Shown: positions 22,787 to 33,138 of the stretch, piece after piece | How the letters are laid out: each line of letters opens with the position of its first letter | How positions within the stretch are numbered: position 1 is the first letter of the stretch | DNA from: Psilocybe cubensis | Taxonomy: Eukaryota | Length of the DNA: 64,000 nt | Direction: 5' to 3' | NCBI GenBank assembly: GCA_017499595.2 | Contig: CM039002.1 | Coordinates: 2,480,001-2,544,000, forward strand | The notes under the pieces: model-generated | Database searches by the model: none | What the model was told of the DNA's origin: nothing | The model's input: only the letters and a program-made list of their open reading frames with translations | Translations under genes and position numbers: made by a program

Positions 22787-24743
22787 AGTAGAAAGGAATT
22801 ATGAGATCCATGACAAAGAGATGCTGGCTATTATCAGAGCACTAGATGAATGGAGACATTATCTTGAAGGAACCCAACATTCCTTTGAGATTTGGACAGA
22901 CCACAAAAACTTAGAGTACTTTATGGTTGCCCAAAAACTCAGCAGAAGGCAAGCCAGATGGTCACTCTTCCTATCCAGATTTGATTTTACTCTTCATCAT
23001 AGGCCTGGTAAAAGATCTCTTAAGCCAGATGCTTTGTCTAGGAGACCAGATCATAAAAAGGGAGAGAATGATAACCAAAATGTAGTTCTCCTCAAACCTT
23101 CCTACTTTAAAATCCAGGCTCTCAAGCAGGGTCATGCTACCATTACTGGTGCAGAAAATGATCTTCTTAAGAAGATTAGAGAAGCTAAGGAGATGGATGA
23201 AAAGGTGGTCAAGGCAGTTCAGGAGCTCAAGAAATCTTCTACCAAGAAGATTGAAGGACAGGAATGGTCAGAAGAACAAGGCCTTATTCTCTACAGGGGG
23301 AAGGTGTATGTTCCCAAGGACAAAGATCTTAGAAGAAAGATTGTGGAACTGCACCATGATGCCTTCATTGCTGGACATCCAGGGAAATGGAAGACAATTG
23401 AGCTAGTCTCTAGGAATTATTGGTGGCCAGGAATGTCACATTTTATTGCAGCCTATACCAGAGGTTGTGATAGATGCAACAGAACCAAAACCTTTCCAGC
23501 CAAACCTCTTGGCCTTTTAATTCCTACTGAGATTCCCTCTGATGTCTGGCAATGCATCTCTGTGGACTTTATTATGGGGTTACCAGAATGTCAAGGGTAT
23601 AATGCCATTATGGTGGTTGTGGATAGACTTAGTAAAATGATCCACATTATTCCTACTACAGATGAAGTCACTTCTGAAGGGACAGCCAGACTATACAGAG
23701 ATTATGTCTGGAAACACCATGGCTTACCCATTAAAATTCTGTGTGATAGAGGTCCACAGTTTGTCTCAAGGTTTATGAAAGAACTCAACTCAATACTTGG
23801 TATCCAGACAGCCTCATCTACAGCCTACCATCCCCAAACTGATGGTCAGACTGAAAGAGTTAACCAAGAAATTGAGCAGTATCTTAGACTCTTTATAAAC
23901 CATAGACAAGATGATTGGGTTGAATGGTTAGCTCTAGCTGAATTCTCTTATAACAATAGAGTTCAGGCTTCAACCAGGCAGACACCATTCATGCTCAATA
24001 ATGGCAGACATCCCAGAATGGGCACTGAACCCCTTAGAGATAGTAAAATGGACACTGTGGATACCTTTGTGAAAAATATGGAAGAAGCCAGGAAAGAAGC
24101 AGAGTCTGCACTTAGAAAAGCTGCTGATGATATGGCTAAATTCTATAATAGACACAGAGGTACTCCAACTCAGTACAAAGTTGGGGATTTGGTATGGTTG
24201 GATGGCAAGGACCTCAAAACTGATAGGCCCTCCAAGAAATTGGATGATAAAAGATATGGGCCTTACAAAATTACCAAAGTTATTAGCCCTAATGCCTATG
24301 AGCTTAAGCTGCCATCTACCATGAAAATCCATCCAGTGTTCAATGTGGTTAAACTTCTACCTTATCACCCAGATATTGTGGGAAGAAAGCCTCCTTCTAG
24401 ACCACCTCCTGTCATTCAAGGAGAAAATCCTAAGTGGGAAGTTGAATTTATCAAGGACAGCAGACTTTTTAGAAACAAACTTCAATATTTGGTCAAGTGG
24501 AAGAACTATCCTAATGAAGAATGCACTTGGGAGCCTGCAGAGCATTTGAAAAATGCTTCTAAGGCTATCAAGGACTTCCATGCCAAACATCCTTCAGCAC
24601 CTAGAAGGATTTCTGCTGTGACCTTTGATAGACTTTCTTTTACTCCTATTATTAACTTTACTGAACCTCCTCCTCTTCTTAAACCCTCTAAACTAACCCA
24701 TCCATGTGCACATTGTGGAAAATGTGCCTTAGAGAGGGGGTGA
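22773..24743 (+). CDS. pol: pol C-terminal part: truncated RNase H, integrase and chromodomain
   Basis: KSLSEVERNYEIHDKEMLAI, TDHKNL, RRQARW, DALSR; HHCC (HDAFIAGHPG...CDRC); DDE (VDFI, DRGPQF, DGQTERVNQ); GPY motif; chromodomain WEVEFIKD...YLVKWKNY..ECTWEP. Confidence 0.93.
   Translation, partial: KSLSEVERNYEIHDKEMLAIIRALDEWRHYLEGTQHSFEIWTDHKNLEYFMVAQKLSRRQARWSLFLSRFDFTLHHRPGKRSLKPDALSRRPDHKKGENDNQNVVLLKPSYFKIQALKQGHATITGAENDLLKKIREAKEMDEKVVKAVQELKKSSTKKIEGQEWSEEQGLILYRGKVYVPKDKDLRRKIVELHHDAFIAGHPGKWKTIELVSRNYWWPGMSHFIAAYTRGCDRCNRTKTFPAKPLGLLIPTEIPSDVWQCISVDFIMGLPECQGYNAIMVVVDRLSKMIHIIPTTDEVTSEGTARLYRDYVWKHHGLPIKILCDRGPQFVSRFMKELNSILGIQTASSTAYHPQTDGQTERVNQEIEQYLRLFINHRQDDWVEWLALAEFSYNNRVQASTRQTPFMLNNGRHPRMGTEPLRDSKMDTVDTFVKNMEEARKEAESALRKAADDMAKFYNRHRGTPTQYKVGDLVWLDGKDLKTDRPSKKLDDKRYGPYKITKVISPNAYELKLPSTMKIHPVFNVVKLLPYHPDIVGRKPPSRPPPVIQGENPKWEVEFIKDSRLFRNKLQYLVKWKNYPNEECTWEPAEHLKNASKAIKDFHAKHPSAPRRISAVTFDRLSFTPIINFTEPPPLLKPSKLTHPCAHCGKCALERG
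24731..24740 (+). promoter_or_regulatory. polypurine tract
   Basis: AGAGAGGGGG ending 3 nt before the 3' LTR. Confidence 0.85.
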
Positions 24744-25195
24744 TGTCAGGGTTTCTCCAGTTTCCCCTCTTTATCTTCACAGAATTATCTTATCCTTTCA
24801 TTATCTTATCAATTATCTGATTAGATAGTTTATTTCTTTCATCACAGCCTTCTTGCTCCACTTCTTTCTAGTAAATTCTATATGATTCCTAGTCTTACTC
24901 ATCCTTTTTCTATATGATGTCACTTTTATTCTTTAACCTTCCTTTATGATGTAATGTAGGAAATATTCTAGAATAACTGTAGAGTATAAATACTGGACTT
25001 GTAGGTAGCTGTAGCTTCAGCTTCAATCTCTTAGGATATCCACTATTATTGGTGTGATCTCTTAGAACCATTGAATCTCTCTCAATCTCTTATTCTCTCT
25101 TTGCTCTATTACTCTCCCTCTGCTCTCTCTCTCTCTCTCTCTTGCCTAATCTTTGTTGGTGGCCTTGTCACACTGATTATAGTGTTGCCCTGACA
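24744..25195 (+). repeat. 3' LTR
   Basis: 452-bp direct repeat of 19949-20400, followed by the TSD TGCAT. Confidence 0.97.
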
Positions 25196-25458
25196 TGCAT
25201 GTGGTTTGAGCATTTGTTAAAATTTTTCTATTTTGTAACATCTAAGTATGTAAAAATGTAACCTGTTGCACAAATTACGCAACTCGGAAAACAGTTTGAA
25301 TCAGGCGTATAGGCCCAGGGCTTGAGGAACTTGTCCAGATTTTTTGCTGATTTGGATAAACCCCTAAGGGATATGCACGTGATTTTATTCTCTTTTCTCA
25401 CGGTTCAGCCCACCTTTCTGGCAAAAGTTGATGCCACTGTGACTGGCCAGCAAGCGCC

Positions 25459-26232
25459 ATGTACTACTCCCTTGTTGACATCTTTCCGGCTGAGATTATC
25501 AGCTTGATTATCGATATGGTATCCCTGGGTGACATAACATGGAATGCAGACGTACCGTACCAAAATACCAAAGCCTGCTCAACCACTTGTCGGGCCTTTC
25601 TTCCCCATTGTAGAAGGCATATATTTCTCTGCATCGAAGCCAAAGGATGGAAACTTCATAAGTTCATATCTCTCCTCAACAATTGTCCATGGATTGGGGA
25701 CAACATTCGCATTCTTTCCATTGGTGTGGAGATATCTCTTAATGCCAGCATGTTGTTCCCTTTGCGACATGTTACACATCTAGAACGACTTGAAGTAATG
25801 GCTATGAACAGCCCCAAGATTGTGTGGGTGCAGCTTTAACCAGGCGTTCAATCTTCCTTTTTCCATCTCATGCACCTTCCAACCATCACCGATCTTGGTT
25901 TCCACAGTATACAAGACATAATTCCTTCACATTTGTTACATTGCAAACATCTTCAATCTCTTACGCTTAATCAAACTACATTTGTGGACGAGAAGAATCT
26001 TGTACAGGGTATTAAATGTCGTAAACTCTGCATGTCAACTATGCAAAAGAATATCGACATGTTATTACATGTAGGAAAGGCGAGGAAGGAGAAAGGCATG
26101 ATATTTGATCCCCATGAGCTTTGGGTACTTTCTTTAGCGGTGGCCCACTCTGGAATTAAACGCCGGTTTCAAAAAATTCTGAGTAGCATGGCCTATCTCA
26201 GTTACCTTGATATTCACCTTGAAGGCGAGTAG
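25459..26232 (+). pseudogene. F-box-like/LRR-like gene, subfamily A, with a nonsense mutation
   Basis: Close paralog of 41679-42986. TAA at 25837-25839 replaces CAA (QLQPGV in the paralog); the frame continues as ORF 25870..26232; no intact second exon was found. Confidence 0.8.
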
Positions 26233-26700
26233 AATTCCGTTTTCCCCGTTCACCATCCATTCAATCTCCATCTCAGTCGGGTAGTTCCACTTTGAAAACC
26301 ACGTCATGATGCTCTCCTATCATCTGCGTATTCAGGATCCTCAAATTCTCGTTGGTTTGCGTTTATACCTGTGGGATTGAATGTATATAAAATCTTACTT
26401 TCCCCAGCGTGAGATTTAGTTAATTTACGTGGTGATTTGATATTCTTGCGTTTGACTATTCCGCGATCCGAAAAGTTTTTCTGGCGTCTGCTAAGCGGCT
26501 GCGATCTAATACTTGACCTCAGTGGTCCCAGTAGAAGTCATCATCTGCAACCTATACAACCATGTATTTCGACACAAACGACGCATCGACGTTAGAGCGC
26601 CAAGAGCATATCATTCACTGATTTTTTTCCTTTCTCACGGTCAACGTGCCGTTTTAATTTGTTAGCTTCGCGGCGGCAGTAGATATTCGACCAAGGTTCA

Positions 26701-27243
26701 CACGGCGGGCAAAAGTGCTGACTAGTCAGCCTGGGAGTTGGTCTGACCAGTCACGTGACCATATCGTGACGCGTTCCGTGACGAATCAACTGACCAGTCA
26801 GGAGAGGTCACACAAATGTTGTCACGCTGGTTAGTATTGGTAAATGAGTTCAGTAACATAAGATTAAATGGGAATAAACCATTGTCTTCCGAAGCACTGT
26901 CACTGAGGAAAAGTAATGAATGACTCGGAATTGGATATTTCTTGTGTTTGGTTGAAATTCGGTCATTATTCAAACAAATGGATAACTAATCACGCTTTCA
27001 GAGTACTTGTGCACGGTCACCCGACGTTGTTTAGAAGGTACACGATGCCCGCCCTGTGTAAGTCTGGGGCATAGAAAAGAAATCCTCTGTTCTACAATCA
27101 ATGAGCGGAATTACAGAAACTTAGCAGCGTGACAGTAAATGCGTGACAGCTACATGACTAGTCAGGTGACTAGTCAGCACACTGGTCAGGTGACTGGTCA
27201 GACCAACTCCCAGGCTGACTAGTCAGCACTTTTGCTCGCCGTG
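26701..27243. mobile_element. non-autonomous TIR element (MITE), CACTA/CMC-like
   Basis: About 60-bp terminal inverted repeats CACGGCG(G/A)GCAAAAGTGCTGACTAGTCAGCCTGGGAGTTGGTCTGACCAGTCAC; 3-bp TSD TCA (26698-26700 and 27244-27246); repeated subterminal TGACYRGTCA palindromes. Confidence 0.85.
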
Positions 27244-27310
27244 TCACCACGAACCACGACCACAGTGACGTTGATTCGAACTTTTCAGCAGCCAGCCCAC
27301 GTTATTACCC

Positions 27311-28627
27311 ATGAGACCCTTTCTTGAACTCGTACCAGTGGAGATCATCAAACTGATTATAGATGTTGTTGCTCTACAAGATGAAAAATCCGCGATAATG
27401 TTCCTCCAGCCCGATTACCCTGGCATCAAGACGTGTTCGTTAGTTTGCAAAACATTTCTTTCCCTTTGCAGGTCGCATCTCTTCTCTTCAATCGATGTTA
27501 GCGAATCCGGAATTTACGCATTTGTTCGACTCCTCACTCATTCGCCGTCTATTGGACATTATATTCGCAGATTGTCGTGTAACGTTGTGAATGACATACC
27601 ATTGTCAGCCTTCTATTGCCTCTCTCGCGTGGAACACCTAACCCTCCAGAGCGGAGATATGTCAGCTGTTCACATATCTCAGCTTTCTCCCCTACTTCAC
27701 GTCGTGCATCTGCCAACCGTTACTAAACTGGAATTTATTGCGGTGGCTGGGATTCGCGCTTCAGCTTTGATTCCATGCTTGCACCTCGACACCCTAGACT
27801 TGAACAAATCTATTTTCGAAAATGATCTTGAACCTCACGAGACCATTAAATCCAAAAGGCTTCGCCTGGCAGGCTACGGAACGATTGAATACCTAACCTA
27901 CATCCTGCAAAACAATGAAGAAAGTGTAATGCCAATTTTCGACCTTCGGGGACTTAAAGAGCTTTCATTTACTACGGTGGATCATAGAACACCACCTCAA
28001 GGCCGCTATTTATTGGACAAAACATGCAACCTGGAAGTACTTGAGCTCTGTGTGGAAGGTACGTGAGAAATTATTGACCGGAGTGTACGACATATTGCTC
28101 ACTTTCCTCCAGATATGACCGATACAGACAGCTTCCCTCTGCTATCAGTAACCCCTCTTCACTCGTTCGAGTGCCTAAAAATTCGAATCGGGTCTTTTTC
28201 ACGGGATGCCATGCCCCACCTGGCTGCAGAGCTACGGGCGATCGACGATGTTGCAGGCCATTTCATCCAATATCTCAACATCAAGATCTGTCTCGACACT
28301 TCTGCCAGCTATTCGCTAGAAGAATTACCCTGGAAATTGCTTGATCAAGCGCTTGCAGAATCAGGGAGGTGGGGCGCTCTGAGGGAACTTCGGCTTCGAG
28401 TGCATACGTTATTGTTTTTAACAGATTCTGCCGAAAAGGAATTTACGGAAGCTTGGCAAGGTAAGTTGGAAAACTACCTACCTGCGCTCTCATCGCAATC
28501 CACAAACTTTAAAGTACTCTTCTACTTTGGGGCATTGACATGGACTGGCAAAGATCCACTTCATCTCGATGACAAGGAAATCTATTGGAATCAACTGAGA
28601 AAGGCGCCTAAAAATAGTCCAATTTAA
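27311..28627 (+). CDS. F-box-like/LRR-like protein, subfamily A (2 exons)
   Basis: LVPVEIIKLIID...CSLVCKTFLSLCRSHLFSSI; Leu-rich body; intron near 28059-28112; C-terminal EIYW. Confidence 0.75.
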
Positions 28628-29028
28628 TTTTCCGTTTCTTCCATCATTCAATAAAAGGAAGAACCTTGTTTATTTATTAGAAAATTCGATGACATTGACG
28701 AGAATCAAGTTTGAAGAGCCAGTTAAAACCATTATTTTCGTGGTTTGACTCTTCTTTGTATTTTCTACTTTTACAACTCGGGAGTGCCAGTGCGATATTC
28801 AAGCGGAGTCAAAACCTGTTCATAGGTTGAACTATTTTTACACAACGAGCCCTGTCCCTGACGCCCGCCTGAATTCATCTGAGACTCAGAGCAAACCTTG
28901 GATTTGCATATTGATATTATGCCGAGTGCTCCGGTAGTGTCGTGTATGACACATGTGGGAAACGTGGGGAGCAAAGGAATCCTTCACCGTTTCTATAGGT
29001 TAATCCTCTCCCAGAGCTATCAAACTTC

Positions 29029-30300
29029 ATGACAAGACCGGATTACTCGAAGCAAGGTTACACAGATGTATCTGCCGCACTGAGAAATGCGATTCTAACA
29101 ATTACAATTAACCCTGCCAATCAGTGAGTTGTTTTTCAGTTTTCCAGGTTTAACAAGAGATTCAATTGACATTTCAACTTGTCAGTCGCCCAAAAGAGTT
29201 CGCAGGTGCTCTATACCAAAACCTCTTGCATGTATTTGAGCTATGCGGCAGCGACGACCGTGTTAGAGCTGTGATTCTCACTGCCGATCACACCGCGCCT
29301 GCGTACTGTTCTGGGGTATGCCGAATTACAACATCCTTTGCATGAACAGCGTGCGTTGGTGCGATGGTATTCTGACCTACAGACAGGGTGACATATCGGA
29401 TGGGTGGGACGGCCTTTGGGACCCAGAGTCGGAGAAAGAAGGCGAGCACGGTGAGTCATAGTAAACGTTCATGTCTCCTTAACGTATTGATTCTGAATAA
29501 CAATAGCCCACAGAGATGCAGGGGGTACCTTGTCGATGGCTATATACAGGTGTCATAAAATAACGATAGCAGCTGTGAATGGGCACGCCGTATGTATATC
29601 TCTTGCCAGATACCTTTAACGTTGCCGTTCGCATTCGATGTCATCTCATAGTGATCTATAGGCCGGCATAGGCATGACCGCCCTCCAGCTCCCCTTCGAC
29701 TTCCGCTTTGTATGGAAAGATGCGAAGCTCGTCTTTCCATTCATAAGACGTGGTATTATCCCAGAAGGTAAGGAGGTTCTCTTACAATGACCTTTCTAAT
29801 GTTGTACTTCCAGCAACCTCCACGTTCCTCCTCCCAAAACTCATTCATCACTCCCTAGCCACGTCGCTCCTCCTCACAGCACGCGCATCAACACCATCGA
29901 AATCCCGTGCGCTCGCAGCTTTATACCATGAGATTCTGCCCACCCGTGAGGCTGTATACCCTGCCGCCCGGAAATTCGCATTGGATATGATAAAGAAAAG
30001 TTCAGCGGCGGGCGTCGGTGATGTCAAAGTCTTGCTAAGGCATCCGGGGACGAGTATGGAAGAGAATTACATCTTGGAAAGCATGGTAACTCGGGCGGCG
30101 AAGGGAAATGCCAAAGAGGAAGGGGATCCGTGGGGAATTGCTAAGAGGCTGTTGTTTAGGGAGAACAGTGACGGAGATGGAAATATCTATCCATGGGTAC
30201 GCACATTCGTTTCAATGTTTTTGCAGAACTTAGAGGAAACCTCACCTACTTTGTTTAGTGGCAAACGATAGACGTGCGACACCATAAAACAAAACTCTAA
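29029..30300 (+). CDS. enoyl-CoA hydratase/isomerase (crotonase) family protein, probably peroxisomal
   Basis: Spliced DDRVRAVILTAD..YCSGGD, HRDAGG, KITIAAVNGHAAGIG, FPFIRRGIIPEA; ends KTKL* (PTS1-like). Confidence 0.85.
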
Positions 30301-30384
30301 GCAGAATATATACCGACGATAACATTTAAACAGCATGTACGAATATATGTATGTATACAGCGAATTAATAAAATAAAATTACAG

Positions 30385-32139
30385 TCATTGTACCTCTCCA
30401 CTCCCCTTTCGCTCTTCCATTTCACCATCCTCGTCTTCCCAATCTCCGTCGTGGAACTCGTGATGTCTAAAGGTACCCACCACCTCCCTTTCGTCAGTCA
30501 CGATGATCTCCTGTCTATCGGCATATAGCGCGCTGATAACCTCGCGTTCCATCCACCTATGGGAATGGTCATCTTCATTGTCTTGGTTTTGTTTCTGTTT
30601 TGTGTTTGGACTGTTCGGAATGGGAGTGAGGGTGTAGTGTACAGAAAGAGCGGAGAGCACACCGCCATAAGCGTGCGAGATGCCTGTGTCGATGATAATG
30701 ATTTTGCCATTACATCTCGACTTGATATTCTGTAAGCAATAGAGAGTATTAGACGATGCTAATTCAGGCCGATGGATTTCACGGTGTACCTTGAAGTCAG
30801 GCGTGTGTCCCATGATCATCCTGCGCGTCCCCGTTTTCTGGAGGACATCGTCGACCTGCGCGCAAACTACTTCCTCAGGCTGCATCGCCCAGCCACGGTA
30901 CCAGAGTGGACCATTAGCACTGTACATCCGTATTTCTTCAGGAGATGTTTCTGGGACCATGTCATTTCCTACATAACAAAACAAGGAAGCAGATTGGCGC
31001 ACCAGGAGGGAAGCCAGGGTACGGATGCGGCGGGTGTGGTGGCGGTTGTTTCCGGTTCTGCAGTCTCGCCAGCAAGGTGTCCGACAACTCGTTGATGCGC
31101 GTTGGAAACGGCGTCAGTTCCGGGTACGAAGGCGATAGTCCGCCGTGCACAAACGATAGCGCGGCATGCGACATGATCTCCTCCTCGCTCTGCTCCGACT
31201 CCGACTCCTGTCCGTCGCGCCAATGCAAATCATCGTCGTCTTGCTGCATATGCAGCGCGAATGAGTGGGGTGGCGGGTATGGTGTGTTGGGCGGGCCAAT
31301 GAAGGGATGCAATGGAAGGCGCGACGCGGTGGTATAATTTGTGGCCCAGGCACGCCCAATACGTCCTGACGTGAGCATGCGCTGGCGCGCTGCGATACTG
31401 CCAAATGTTTTGAGTTCCGAGGGGTACACGTATCTGGCGGAGGTTAGCCATTGGGGGAGTATTCAAAGGTTGTGCTCACCTCCAGTCACCTGTTTAAGGA
31501 GAATAAGTTATGGGTTAATTGTTGTCTATGTTGACGCACCGATGGCGTTCATCCATTCATGGTTCCCTAGATGCGAGAGAACCGTTCCGCCCACTTCAGC
31601 GGCTTGCGCACGCAGCCTTTCCATCCATAGGAAGAGAACGATGGTGTCGTCTCCTCTGTTTCCAATCAACATCCCGGACACGAAGGGATGAAAAAGATTA
31701 CTCACCGGTCAATGATATCTCCCGTCTGCACAAAGAAATCGACATTCCCCGACCAGTTGTTATGCTCGTCGATAACGTCTGCAAAGCGGAGGACACGCCG
31801 TGCGTTGGCAATGTCTCCGTGCAGATCGCCGACAGCAACAATATGTCGGGTAAATGGTGTTCTCTTCCCTCTGTTCGACCCTCGTCCCCTACTTTTTCCC
31901 TTCTTTCTGTTGCTGCTGTATACCACCACTTCCTGCGGCTCGTCGGATTTAAATGTCCATGGTATCAACTTGTGCCTCGCGAAAGTAGTGAGTTCGACAA
32001 CGATATGGCGCTGCGATGGCCAGGTGGTAATGGCGGGGATGAATTGGTGCAGTTTTAATGAATACATGAAATACAGCGTCATTATCGGTATAAACGCAAA
32101 GAGGACTGCTGTCCTCCGAGTTGGATTCAACATGACCAT
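30385..32139 (-). CDS. calcineurin-like metallophosphoesterase (Shewanella-like phosphatase type) with an N-terminal membrane anchor
   Basis: GDLHGD, GDIIDRG, GNHE, FVHGG, GPLWYRG, MGHT and IDTG motifs over several exons. Confidence 0.9.
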
Positions 32140-33138
32140 CCTTCGTCCGTCGTCGTTGGTGCTCGTTGAGGTTGGAAGATGTGTGCAACCGAGGCTGTGC
32201 CGCTGTAACTTGTCGGATTTATGATTTTTGTTCGAGTCGTCCGTGAATCGTGATTGATATTGACCTTCCTGATGACAGCGCTCTGGTTGTTGATACTACG
32301 TGGACCAGCCCGTATGACGGAGCAAGAACCGCCCCAAACGCCAATTAATTATAATAGTTTGTTCTTATTTTGGACTTGCACCGGACAAATAACATACAAA
32401 GAAGAGTCAAATTAGGCCAAAGTTTCCACGAAAATAATAGTTTTAACTGGCTCTTCAGACTTGATTCTCGCCTGTGTAATTGACTGCAACTTAGATAAAA
32501 AATTCACCCCCACGTCGATGCAACTTATGCACATTTGGCTCATTATACATGCTACTTTTGGAACTTTTGCATACATTTACTTTTACACATACATGCTAGC
32601 ATTTGTAGTCTTAACCTTTTTTTTCTATATACATAGTCTCTACTAGGAAGCTTAATAACCGGTTTATACTCTTCTTTAGACTGAAAAGCGTGGTACTAGG
32701 CAACATACGAAGATACAAAACATGTGCCGTCTGAGCTTGAAATTGGCGCCGTGACTATGTGTGACAAAAAATTTGAATCTCAATGATTTTGGGTCCTTGC
32801 TGCCGCGGAAATGCTCCTGTTCCTCAACCGTTTGTGATACAGGCATAAAATTTGAAATAAAAAGAATGTATGTGCTGTACTAGTATTGTGCAAAGTTTGA
32901 AGCAAGTAGGGCTAGTGTACGTTCTGTAATTTACAACTTTGTTCAAATATGATTTGAATCTCCCTGATCGTGATAGTAGTATGAGTCTTCCGGTCCTGTT
33001 CTAGTTAACTTCCAAATTCCAAATGCCTAGGAGAAACCACTGGAAAACGAATTACACGTTCTCAGAATTTCCAGTTAATGAGTCAAATAATCCAGGCCTT
33101 TTAATATCTGATGCTCAGGAAACCTTCTCAACTGACAA

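Larger units (their letters stand above)
19949..25195 (+). mobile_element. Ty3/Gypsy chromovirus LTR retrotransposon, non-autonomous (RT deleted)
   Basis: Two 452-bp LTRs (TGTCAGGG...CCCTGACA) with a 5-bp TSD TGCAT at 19944-19948 and 25196-25200. Contains gag, protease, partial RNase H, integrase and chromodomain. Confidence 0.97.

Noticed and set aside
32340-33130. AT-rich intergenic stretch, possible transposon relic
   Set aside because: No terminal repeats, TSD or coding remnant recognised.
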